From assembly GCA_002713205.1 (NCBI GenBank), contig PAVW01000009.1:30001-62000 (forward strand): a stretch of DNA of 32,000 bases, written 5' to 3'. The DNA is from Nitrososphaerota archaeon (GTDB taxonomy: Archaea > Thermoproteota > Nitrososphaeria > Nitrososphaerales > UBA57). Below are positions 24,160 through 32,000 of this stretch, in pieces; the first letter of the stretch is position 1; the number at the start of each line of letters is the position of its first letter. The notes beneath the pieces were generated by a model. That model was not told the DNA's origin. It saw nothing but the letters and a program-made list of their open reading frames with translations, and did not search any database. A program made the position numbers and the translations under genes.

Positions 24160-25487
24160 ATATCAATCATGTAAGAGGGATTTTTTGTACTAATCTTCCA
24201 CCTTCTACAATTCATATAAACTCATTAAATTATTTATCACATCGATCGTGGAATGGATATTTGTATTTTAATCGTTCTGATGCTTCTATTAATTCTTCAT
24301 TGAATATGCCTGCTTCTAATTTTGAAATTATAGGCTGTTTGGGGAATGATCCTGTTACAAATGATTCAAAGATTATTTTACATGGTGAAATTTATGGAAA
24401 TTTTAAACCTATTTTAAAAAATATACAAAATTCTAAATCACTTTCTAAATTACTTATTCATTTAAATGAATTGTATAAATTAGATGGTGCATATTGTATT
24501 GTTATTCCGACAGTACTTGGTACATTGATTTGTCGAGATCCTATTGGTATGAAACCATTATACTTTGGCCAATATGATAACAATATTGTAATTTCTTCAC
24601 AAAAGAAACTTATTATGGATATTTGTGTTACCGCTAAATCATTTTTACCGGGCAGTGCTTTTTTATTAGAAAAAAATTTATTTTTAATGCCTTCAAAATC
24701 TTACTTTATATCTAGTCAGTTTAATGATTCTAATGGCGATGAATTGATTAGTTTGTTAAAATCATCTTTAATTAACCGAATTGGTTCTAAGAAAAAAATT
24801 TCAATTTCTTTTTCAGGTGGAATCGACAGCTCAATTTTAGTTGCTTTGGCATCTCAATTATCTAATGTTTCAGCAATTAATGTAAGAATGAAAAATTCGT
24901 ATGATTACTATAATGCAAGAAAATTATCTAAACTCTTAGGTTTGGATTTAATTGAGGTTGAACCTACTCAGGTTGAAATAATTGATGCTATACCAAAAAT
25001 TCAAAATATTGCTGAAGTAACCAGACCATTAGATATTAGTATTGGTTTAGGTTTCTATTTTGTTGCTCAAGCTGCAAAAATTCATGGTTTTCAAGATTTA
25101 TTTGTTGGTCAATTAGCAGACGAACTTTTTGGTGGTTATGCACGATATTTGAGAACTTTTAAGGAAAATGGGCAGGAATCTGTCATACAAATGATGCGAA
25201 ATGATGTTTATAATGCCTATGCTCTTAATTTTGAACGAGATGAGAAAGTTACTTCTCCTTTTGTCGATTTACATGTTCCTTATGCATCTATCGGAGTCGT
25301 AAAATATGGCCTTTCATGTCCTCTTAGTTTAAAAATTGATCATTCCAAACAAATTCGAAAAATAATTCTTAAACGTATTGGGAAAAAACTACATTTACCT
25401 GCAGATATTCTTACTCAATCAAAAAAAGCAATTCATTTTAGTTCTGGTATAGATAAAATAGTCAAAAATTATCTCAAGCATCGTTAA
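24156..25487 (+). CDS. Asparagine synthase-like protein: degenerate class-II amidotransferase domain plus PP-loop ATP pyrophosphatase domain
   Basis: PP-loop SFSGGIDSS and GQLADELFGGYARY are AsnB synthetase motifs. The N-terminal domain aligns to AsnB (HRSWN vs HRGPD, HGEIYG vs NGEIYN, CRDPIGMKPLYFG), but the N-terminus VRGIFC replaces MCxIFG. The TTG start overlaps the hel308 stop. Confidence 0.75.
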   Translation: MNINHVRGIFCTNLPPSTIHINSLNYLSHRSWNGYLYFNRSDASINSSLNMPASNFEIIGCLGNDPVTNDSKIILHGEIYGNFKPILKNIQNSKSLSKLLIHLNELYKLDGAYCIVIPTVLGTLICRDPIGMKPLYFGQYDNNIVISSQKKLIMDICVTAKSFLPGSAFLLEKNLFLMPSKSYFISSQFNDSNGDELISLLKSSLINRIGSKKKISISFSGGIDSSILVALASQLSNVSAINVRMKNSYDYYNARKLSKLLGLDLIEVEPTQVEIIDAIPKIQNIAEVTRPLDISIGLGFYFVAQAAKIHGFQDLFVGQLADELFGGYARYLRTFKENGQESVIQMMRNDVYNAYALNFERDEKVTSPFVDLHVPYASIGVVKYGLSCPLSLKIDHSKQIRKIILKRIGKKLHLPADILTQSKKAIHFSSGIDKIVKNYLKHR

Positions 25488-25915
25488 ATATCTAATATGA
25501 AATTTGCTTTCCAGTTATTGTTTATTTTTTCAACTTTGAACATATGTAATGTAATTGCTTTGACATCTGAAGATAATTCATGTTTATTATAATTAATTTT
25601 CTCGCCATAAATTTTACCATCTAGTACAAGTTCATTGGATGTTTCTGTAATTTCTAACTGAAATTTATTGAATAATAATGTCTCGGCATCTTTTAAAATT
25701 ATTAATTTCTCAAGAAATTCAAATAATAAAAATTCCATACTTGGTGCTAATATGTGTATTTTTGATTTTTTATTACATTTTATTGAATCAAGATTATCTA
25801 CCATTGTATTTGTTAGTGCTTTTGCTGAATCTATAAAAAGCTCCTCTAATGAATTTGCAGTTACCTCAATTGCAGCATCTGCAATGGAAATGTCTTCTCT
25901 ATAACTATATGGCAT
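25484..25915 (-). CDS. Archease (RtcB activator/chaperone)
   Basis: N-terminal SIADAAIEVTANSLEELFIDSAKAL, C-terminal VKAITLHMFKVEK and terminal ILDI fit the family. Length is 143 aa. It lies directly downstream of rtcB. Confidence 0.85.
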   Translation of the reverse strand: MPYSYREDISIADAAIEVTANSLEELFIDSAKALTNTMVDNLDSIKCNKKSKIHILAPSMEFLLFEFLEKLIILKDAETLLFNKFQLEITETSNELVLDGKIYGEKINYNKHELSSDVKAITLHMFKVEKINNNWKANFILDI

Positions 25916-25935
25916 TATGATTTTTTGAGTATTGC

Positions 25936-27408
25936 TTATCCTTTAACATTACCTATTGGAACGAACCTTGTAACTCTTTTTGAAATTTTTGCTTCTACAG
26001 TGGCATTTACTACTTCGTCTATATCTTTGTAAGCTTCACCAGCTTCTTCTGCTAATCCTGAATAAGATACTGATTTAACATAAATTCCGCGATTTAACAT
26101 GTCTCTAAATAATTTTTCTCCTCGAAACAGGCGTCTGGCTTTGGTCCTGCTCATAATTCTTCCACTTCCATGTGCCGTACTTGCAAATGTTTCTTGATGG
26201 GATGTTTCAGTTCCTAATAATAGATACGAACCTGTTTCCATACTTCCACCTATGATTACTGGTTGCCCTATACTTCTATATTTTTGTGGAATTTCATCTC
26301 TTCCAGGTCCGAACGCTCTGGTTGCTCCTTTTCTATGAACAATTACTTTTTTGTTTTTACCATTGATATTATGCTCTTCAATTTTTGCTGTATTATGAGC
26401 TACATCGTATACCATTGACAGGCCTAGTTTTTCTGGATCATTTTTAAAAATTTGACCAAAAACTTCTCTTATTCTGTGTAAAATTATTTGTCGATTTACA
26501 AATGACATGTTTATTGCACATTTCATAGCAGAAAAATAATCTTGGCCTTCTTGTGAATTAAATGGCGCACATGCAAGTTCTCTATCCAATATCTCGATTT
26601 TATATTTTTCTTGCATTACATATAAAAATTTTTTTAAATAATCAGACGCAACTTGGTGACCAAATCCTCTACTCCCACAATGAAACATAATTACCACTTG
26701 ATTTGGAAAAATACCAATTGTTTTTGCTGCTTTTTTATCAAATATATTTTCCGGTTTCACGACTTGTATTTCTAAATAATGATTCCCCGAACCTAACGTT
26801 CCTATTTGTCTAATGCCTCTTTTTATTGACACATCGCTAATTTTTGCCGCATTAGCATTTTTCATTGATCCTTCTTCTTCTGTTTTTTCAAGATCTTCTT
26901 CCCAACCATAATCATTTTCTATACACCATTTTGATCCTATTTCCACTATTTCTTTAAATTGTGTATTGTTGATTTTAAGAAAACCTGATCCGCCTACTCC
27001 TGCAGGGACTCTTTTGTAAAGCTGATCTACTAATTCTTTTAGTTTTGGTTTGACATCTGTATGAGTTAAATTAGTTAATACTAATCTCATTCCACAATTT
27101 ATATCAAATCCTATGCCTCCTGGAGAAATTACACCTTCATCTATATCCATTGCCGCTACGCCTCCTATAGGAAATCCATATCCGCTGTGAGCATCAGGCA
27201 TAGCATATGCATAATTCTGAATACCAGGTAGTGTTGCCACATTGGTTATTTGCTCAATTACATGATGATCTAATACTTTCAATAATTTATCAGTACCATA
27301 TATCTTTGCAGGGACTCTCATTCCTTTTTTATAAGTTGCTGGAATTTCCCATGTAGTGCTGGATGTTTTTTTTAATATACTGTTAATTTCTGTCATTATG
27401 AAAAACAC
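25936..27408 (-). CDS. rtcB: RtcB RNA 3'-phosphate/2',3'-cyclic phosphate ligase (tRNA-splicing ligase)
   Basis: PDAHSGYGFPIGG, GGIGFDINCGMR, GSGNHYLE, HCGSRGFGHQ and HGSGR are present. Length is 490 aa with no intein. The start may be the Met at 27396. Confidence 0.95.
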   Translation of the reverse strand: MFFIMTEINSILKKTSSTTWEIPATYKKGMRVPAKIYGTDKLLKVLDHHVIEQITNVATLPGIQNYAYAMPDAHSGYGFPIGGVAAMDIDEGVISPGGIGFDINCGMRLVLTNLTHTDVKPKLKELVDQLYKRVPAGVGGSGFLKINNTQFKEIVEIGSKWCIENDYGWEEDLEKTEEEGSMKNANAAKISDVSIKRGIRQIGTLGSGNHYLEIQVVKPENIFDKKAAKTIGIFPNQVVIMFHCGSRGFGHQVASDYLKKFLYVMQEKYKIEILDRELACAPFNSQEGQDYFSAMKCAINMSFVNRQIILHRIREVFGQIFKNDPEKLGLSMVYDVAHNTAKIEEHNINGKNKKVIVHRKGATRAFGPGRDEIPQKYRSIGQPVIIGGSMETGSYLLLGTETSHQETFASTAHGSGRIMSRTKARRLFRGEKLFRDMLNRGIYVKSVSYSGLAEEAGEAYKDIDEVVNATVEAKISKRVTRFVPIGNVKG

Positions 27409-27483
27409 TCCAATTTGATTACTTTAGATTTTGCTATATTGTCCTTCATTTCGAATCATATTAATTTAATTACATTATAATAA

Positions 27484-27774
27484 ATGTATTTGGAAATTAA
27501 GTATATAGTATTGGATATTAAGGTTTTCACTAATTCTAACAGAAATTACATTGAATTTATTAATAATTATATTAAAATACATATTACTTCAGCTCCGAAA
27601 CATAATCGTGCTAATATTCATACCATGAAAATGTTATCGGAATTATTTAATGTTTCAATTAATAATGTTATAATTATACAAGGAAAAAATTCTTCTAATA
27701 AAAAAATTAAAATAATTAACCCTGAAAAAATTCCTTTTAAATTACCACAAGATTTTTTTTATTACAATAATTAG
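27484..27774 (+). CDS. DUF167/YggU-family small protein
   Basis: The pattern IKIHITSAPKHNRANIHTMKMLSELFNVSINNVIIIQGKNSSNKKIKI matches the A.P..G.AN...i..L...l.....i.i..G..s..K core of the YggU family. Length is 96 aa. Confidence 0.6.
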   Translation: MYLEIKYIVLDIKVFTNSNRNYIEFINNYIKIHITSAPKHNRANIHTMKMLSELFNVSINNVIIIQGKNSSNKKIKIINPEKIPFKLPQDFFYYNN

Positions 27775-28535
27775 CTAATATATTGAAGATCTTTATTTTC
27801 TTCATATTTTATTCCTTCATTTTCATTCGTTTGTTTCATTTGTTCAATTTGTGACAGTAATTCATCATTTGCTTTTGCTTTTACATTTAAATATTCAGTA
27901 TTGATATTCATTTTTAATAATTTATTTAATGATTGTAATACTGCTTTTGATGAGTTATGATCAAATACATATCCTGAAGTTTCTCCTAAAAGTGCTGTTC
28001 CTTTTATTCCATGTATTTTTGCAATTCCAATTAATAATCCATTCATTCCAGTTATTATTCCTTCTTTCATAATAACAATTCCATTTTTTTTCATTTGTTT
28101 AATTCGTTCTATATGAGTTGACGTGCCAAATACTTTTGGTTGTTTAACAAATGCTCCTGTGATATACGCTGCTAGAGTATATACTTCTTTTACGCCTATT
28201 TTATTAATATATTCAATAATTTTTTCTGAAATCAAATAATTTGATTCTGATGTAGTTGGTTGTGATTCCCCAGTTAAAATTAATAAATCTCTTTTATTTG
28301 TTTTATTTTCTAATTTATATATTTTATATTTTATATTTTCTGACGTTCCATCATTTTTTATAATTACTTGTGGTGGAAATAAATTACTTTCTATATGACA
28401 TATTTGTTTACCATTGAATTGTTTGACTAGATAATCGATTGCTATTTTTCCAACATATCCGCTCCCTGGCATTCCACAGATGAGTATTGGTTTATGCAGA
28501 TTTGGTTTTTTCGTTGTTTTTAGTTTGATTTCCAT
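27771..28535 (-). CDS. PAC2-family protein (putative proteasome assembly chaperone, COG1938-like)
   Basis: N-terminal PILICGMPGSGYVGKIAIDYLVKQF and the overall ~250 aa layout resemble archaeal PAC2/PbaA-B proteins. The call is by pattern only. Confidence 0.55.
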   Translation of the reverse strand: MEIKLKTTKKPNLHKPILICGMPGSGYVGKIAIDYLVKQFNGKQICHIESNLFPPQVIIKNDGTSENIKYKIYKLENKTNKRDLLILTGESQPTTSESNYLISEKIIEYINKIGVKEVYTLAAYITGAFVKQPKVFGTSTHIERIKQMKKNGIVIMKEGIITGMNGLLIGIAKIHGIKGTALLGETSGYVFDHNSSKAVLQSLNKLLKMNINTEYLNVKAKANDELLSQIEQMKQTNENEGIKYEENKDLQYIS

Positions 28536-28582
28536 TTGATTTTTTAAAATACAAAACTGTAATATAATGGTTTAATTTTATA

Positions 28583-29182
28583 TTATTTTTTTGGAAATAT
28601 AGCTGTTTCTGGCCATTCGTTTTTTATAATGCCTTGACTAATATTGATCATTGGTAAGTAATTATGAAATATTCTTATTGTTTTTCCTAATCTTATGGTT
28701 GAAACATTGACTATTGAATCTTTTCCATGATTCTTTTTTAATGATGGTACTATCTTTGAATTAAATCCTATATTTATATCATCATCTGTTTCTCCTTCTA
28801 TTATCATTATTAATGATGTATGGCCGTCAATTTCTGCTAAATGCGATTCATAAATTAATTCTGTAAAAATTGTTTTTACATTTGGTTCTTCTTTAATTTC
28901 CTTTATTATTTTTTCTTGTGTTATTCCTAATTGAAATTTAATTAAATAAAGATGTCTCGATGTTAATGTTTTAGTTCCTTTAGTACCAGTATTTAATTCC
29001 GTGTAATAATTAATTAAACCTGAATTTTCTAATTTTTGTCGTTTACGGCTTACTGTTTTATATGATATTTCAGTTAATTCGCTAATTTTCATATCTGTGA
29101 TTCGTGGATTTTTTATTAGCATTTTGACTATTTTTTTTTCCATTATGTCCATTTTTTGTATTTTTATTTCTTTTTTAGGCAA
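28583..29182 (-). CDS. Lrp/AsnC-like transcriptional regulator (HTH + RAM-like domain)
   Basis: EKKIVKMLIKNPRITDMKISELTEISYKTVSRKRQKLENSGLI is an AsnC-type HTH. A C-terminal alpha/beta domain follows. The start may be an internal Met (29152 or 29143). Confidence 0.6.
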   Translation of the reverse strand: MPKKEIKIQKMDIMEKKIVKMLIKNPRITDMKISELTEISYKTVSRKRQKLENSGLINYYTELNTGTKGTKTLTSRHLYLIKFQLGITQEKIIKEIKEEPNVKTIFTELIYESHLAEIDGHTSLIMIIEGETDDDINIGFNSKIVPSLKKNHGKDSIVNVSTIRLGKTIRIFHNYLPMINISQGIIKNEWPETAIFPKK

Positions 29183-29237
29183 TAATAGTCAATATATATG
29201 CGTAAAGAATATAATAACTTTTCTTTATTCTTACTTG

Positions 29238-31604
29238 ATGTCTAAACCAATTATTCAAGAGGTCGATTCATTTGTTCGTATGCCTAACGCTAAGAATAAA
29301 GAATTTTGGAACAATAAACGTATTGAACATCTTCGTGAATTAGCATTAACCGGCCGTTCTGCATATTTGTGGGAAGATCACTCTGATAGCTTTAGAATTT
29401 TAGATCGTTTAGCTTTTTCTAACATCGATCCTTTAGAATCGAATAAAAACTTTCTTTCTAATAGAGATGATGTATCTTTAATTAATGAAATATCGTCTTT
29501 GACAACTTTAGCATATGGTAGAATTAAGCTCAGCGCCCCGCTTTATTTAGGTGATATGTCTTTTGGTGCACTTAGTGGAATTCCAAATATTGCATTAGCG
29601 CGTGCTTCTGACGCAACTGGAGTTATTAATGGTACTGGTGAAGGTGGCTTACATCCTGATGTCGCTGCTTGTAAACAAATAACTGTTCAATGGGCTTCTG
29701 GAAGATTTGGAGTTGATATTGACGTTCTTAAAACTGGACAAGGAATTGTAATCAAAGTCGGCCAAGGTGCAAAACCTGGTATTGGTGGACACTTGCCCGG
29801 TTCAAAAGTTACCGGCCCAATTTCTCGCGCTCGTAGAATACCTGTTGGCAAAGATGCCGTATCTCCCGCTCCTCATCATGATATTTATTCTATTGAAGAT
29901 TTAGGTCAACGTATTTGGGCTCTGAAGGAAGCTACTGGAAAACCTGTATTTGTTAAAGTTGGTTGCACTAATTATGTTCCATATATAGCTTCCGGAATTG
30001 CTAGTATGGGTGCTGATGGCATAATTATTGATGGGGCAGGTGCAGGTACTGGTGCGGCTCCTGCTGTGGTAAGAGATAATGTAGGTTTGCCTATTGATCT
30101 TGCAGTTTCATGGGTAGATAGAATTCTTACTCAACAGAACCTACGACAAGGGTTTTCTGTTATTGCAGCTGGTACTGTTAGCAATGCAGAAGACACTGCT
30201 AAATTACTTGCTTTAGGCGCTGATTGTGTTAGTACTGGAACTGCCACATTAGTTGGTCTAGGCTGTCTTATGGTTCATAAATGTCATATTGGTTTCTGTC
30301 CCGCGCTTCTTACAAACAAACTCGTAGACAACCCTACAAAAGTTCTTTCACTTGATAAATCAGTTGAATGGACTTCTAATTTAATTTATGGTTGGATAGA
30401 AGAATTTAAGTGGATTTTGAAAGAACTTAATCTTAAATCAGCTTCTGAACTTGTTGGACGCAGAGATCTACTTCGTGGACATAATATGAATGATGAAACT
30501 GGTGCTGTTTTAGGCGTTAAGATAGATAATTCAGAAAAAACCTTAATTGGTAAATCTCCTTCACAATCTTTTGTACAAGATGATAATTATTGGACTAGTA
30601 TATTGCAATCTGAACTTCGTGAACTGTCTGGTAGTGCAGGAAGATCCCCTGGCGAAGCTGTAATTACAAGTATGGGTTCTATTTCTGCACCGTTTGTTGA
30701 TACTCCTCGTTCTGTTTGTGATTGGTTAAGAGTTGATGGAGCACAAGTAACACGGCCTAGTATTGATCCGTATAGAGAAGAAATTGAGACTTGTTCTTAT
30801 TTGGCATCTGGTCAAATTCGTCTATCATCTCCTATATTCTTTGGACGACTCTTTGAGAAAGGTATTATTCGTGATATATTTTCAGAAGTTGCTTATTCTT
30901 TAGGACTGTTATTTGATTCTCAAAATTTATCACTTCAAAATAACACTTTTAATAGTTCTTTAATTATTGATCATTCTGAATTTATTAATAATCCGACTTC
31001 TAATATTTCTTCAATAACAATAAATTATAATGAAATAGATTTACTTGACCAATTAATTGAGACTAATGTTCCTGTTTTCGTTCGATTGCCATCAAAAGAA
31101 AAAATTATTGATAATGTAAAATCTTTACTTGATAATAATATTTCTGGGTTTATTATAGATTGGGATATGAATAATGATGAAACTACTATTGATCTTGCCA
31201 TTATTACTTCAGAAATTGACAAGCTTTTAAGAAATACGCAAATTGACAATACTCCAGCTCGAAGTAAACTCAACTTGTTAGTGGAAGGTAGTAGAGTACG
31301 TGGCGCTGCAGATATATTCAAACTTATTGGACTTGGTGCTGATGCTGTTGGTATAAGCAAGTCTGCATTAATATCTTTAAATTACGATCCTGATAAAAAT
31401 GACAAGTTTGATCGTGATAAAGCACATGAAAAACTTGAATATTTCATTCTTGGTTTACAAAAGGAATTAAAACTTCTTGCTGGGGCTGCAGGAATAAGTT
31501 CAATTCAAAATTCATTAACAGGGAATCGAGAATTATTTCGTTCACTTGATCTTGATCCTGAAATTAGACAACGATTGGATATTAAACCTGGTGGCGCGCC
31601 ATGA
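29238..31604 (+). CDS. gltB: Archaeal-type glutamate synthase FMN-binding subunit (GltB domain-2-like) with an additional degenerate C-terminal copy of the same fold
   Basis: LYLGDMSFGALS, QGAKPGIGGHLPGSKV, SPAPHHDIYSIEDL, the GAGTGAAP region and the 3Fe-4S ligand spacing CLMVHKCHIGFC (C-x5-C-x4-C) are present. ATG 29238 is preferred over the track's 29097, which would overlap the divergent regulator. Confidence 0.85.
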   Translation: MSKPIIQEVDSFVRMPNAKNKEFWNNKRIEHLRELALTGRSAYLWEDHSDSFRILDRLAFSNIDPLESNKNFLSNRDDVSLINEISSLTTLAYGRIKLSAPLYLGDMSFGALSGIPNIALARASDATGVINGTGEGGLHPDVAACKQITVQWASGRFGVDIDVLKTGQGIVIKVGQGAKPGIGGHLPGSKVTGPISRARRIPVGKDAVSPAPHHDIYSIEDLGQRIWALKEATGKPVFVKVGCTNYVPYIASGIASMGADGIIIDGAGAGTGAAPAVVRDNVGLPIDLAVSWVDRILTQQNLRQGFSVIAAGTVSNAEDTAKLLALGADCVSTGTATLVGLGCLMVHKCHIGFCPALLTNKLVDNPTKVLSLDKSVEWTSNLIYGWIEEFKWILKELNLKSASELVGRRDLLRGHNMNDETGAVLGVKIDNSEKTLIGKSPSQSFVQDDNYWTSILQSELRELSGSAGRSPGEAVITSMGSISAPFVDTPRSVCDWLRVDGAQVTRPSIDPYREEIETCSYLASGQIRLSSPIFFGRLFEKGIIRDIFSEVAYSLGLLFDSQNLSLQNNTFNSSLIIDHSEFINNPTSNISSITINYNEIDLLDQLIETNVPVFVRLPSKEKIIDNVKSLLDNNISGFIIDWDMNNDETTIDLAIITSEIDKLLRNTQIDNTPARSKLNLLVEGSRVRGAADIFKLIGLGADAVGISKSALISLNYDPDKNDKFDRDKAHEKLEYFILGLQKELKLLAGAAGISSIQNSLTGNRELFRSLDLDPEIRQRLDIKPGGAP

Positions 31605-32000
31605 ATAAATTTAAAATTATAAGTAAAGATGATTGTGGTGTTTTTGCTGTTCTTCGAAAAAAGAATAGTAATAAGATTCCTAGTTCTATTGCTATTGATG
31701 GTATTGAATGTGTTAGATTTCGTGGAAGTAAATATGGCGCAGGTTTTGCTTGTTTTGATCTAAATAATAGCTCTCCTAATGATTATTATTTACAGGCATT
31801 TGTAGCAAACAAAAACATAGCTAATGAAATTAAAAATATTTTACATGATTCTAATATTATTATAAAACAAGAGAATTTTAGAAATATATCTGCCATTCAA
31901 TTACCTTTGAGTTATAATCTTATTGTAAGTACTACTAATTCTTTACATTTTGCTAGAACAATTCATGATATTAATAATAAATTCTCTCAGCCTGAATACA
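31601..32000 (+). CDS. Class-II (Ntn) glutamine amidotransferase, GltB domain-1-like, N-terminal fragment running off the window
   Basis: ATG 31601 overlaps the gltB stop (ATGA), and the frame is open to the window end. It reads MNKFKIISKDD-CGVFAVLRKK...RFRGSKYGAGFA, a CGVF nucleophile motif after an 11-aa leader. A PurF-type identity is not excluded from the fragment alone. Confidence 0.6.
   Translation, partial: MNKFKIISKDDCGVFAVLRKKNSNKIPSSIAIDGIECVRFRGSKYGAGFACFDLNNSSPNDYYLQAFVANKNIANEIKNILHDSNIIIKQENFRNISAIQLPLSYNLIVSTTNSLHFARTIHDINNKFSQPEY

Noticed and set aside
29097-29237. N-terminal 47-codon extension of the glutamate synthase ORF in the supplied track
   Set aside because: The extension is a hydrophobic low-complexity peptide that would overlap the divergent regulator gene by 86 nt. 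The conserved protein begins after ATG 29238.
21636-31360. Minus- or plus-strand ORFs 21636-21938, 23312-23524, 25668-25904 and 31025-31360
   Set aside because: They are antisense to mcm, hel308, archease and gltB respectively, so they are treated as shadow ORFs.
1-32000. CRISPR arrays, IS elements, integrases, toxin-antitoxin or defence-island signatures, C/D-box sRNAs in intergenic gaps
   Set aside because: No direct-repeat/spacer periodicity, no transposase- or integrase-like ORFs and no terminal inverted repeats were seen. Intergenic gaps lack paired RUGAUGA/CUGA boxes. The window looks like core chromosome.

Overview
This is a strongly AT-rich archaeal chromosomal segment. Gene content and tRNA-intron style suggest a thaumarchaeal or TACK-type archaeon, but the lineage is inference only. 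About 43 tightly packed features are present, almost all informational housekeeping. In order they are: the 3' end of amt, prs, a THUMP tRNA methyltransferase, RNase Z, a UPF0200/UPF0201-like pair, 2'-5' RNA ligase (ThpR), the CCA-adding enzyme, an atypical kinase, tRNA-Pro, and an ECF transporter module (EcfA-EcfA'-EcfT). Next comes the archaeal exosome superoperon (prefoldin beta, Pcc1, L37Ae, Rrp42, Rrp41, Rrp4, SBDS), preceded on the same strand by tRNA-Asp and tRNA-Lys(UUU). These are followed by a C-N hydrolase, an Hjc-like resolvase, wHTH-riboflavin kinase, wHTH-FAD synthase-like, diphthine synthase, tRNA-Lys(CUU) and RFC small subunit. A co-directional gins-mcm-hel308-asnB-like array follows, then archease and RtcB, DUF167, a PAC2-like protein, an Lrp-type regulator, and an archaeal-type glutamate synthase locus that runs off the window. 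I see no CRISPR array, transposase, integrase, rRNA or recognisable defence island, and I cannot point to a clear-cut new multi-gene system. The most unusual signals are as follows. (1) All four tRNA genes need 2-3 short AT-rich inserts removed to fold (11 inserts, only one at canonical 37/38), and the RtcB/archease ligase pair and several RNA-end enzymes lie in the same window. (2) There is an untracked 57-codon TFIIS-type zinc-ribbon ORF with a basic instead of acidic tip next to rfc. (3) Both flavin-cofactor enzymes carry N-terminal wHTH domains. (4) An AsnB-like protein lacking the Cys nucleophile is translationally coupled to the replisome genes. (5) The glutamate synthase FMN subunit has a degenerate internal duplication. 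All functional calls rest on motif recognition by eye; no searches were run.
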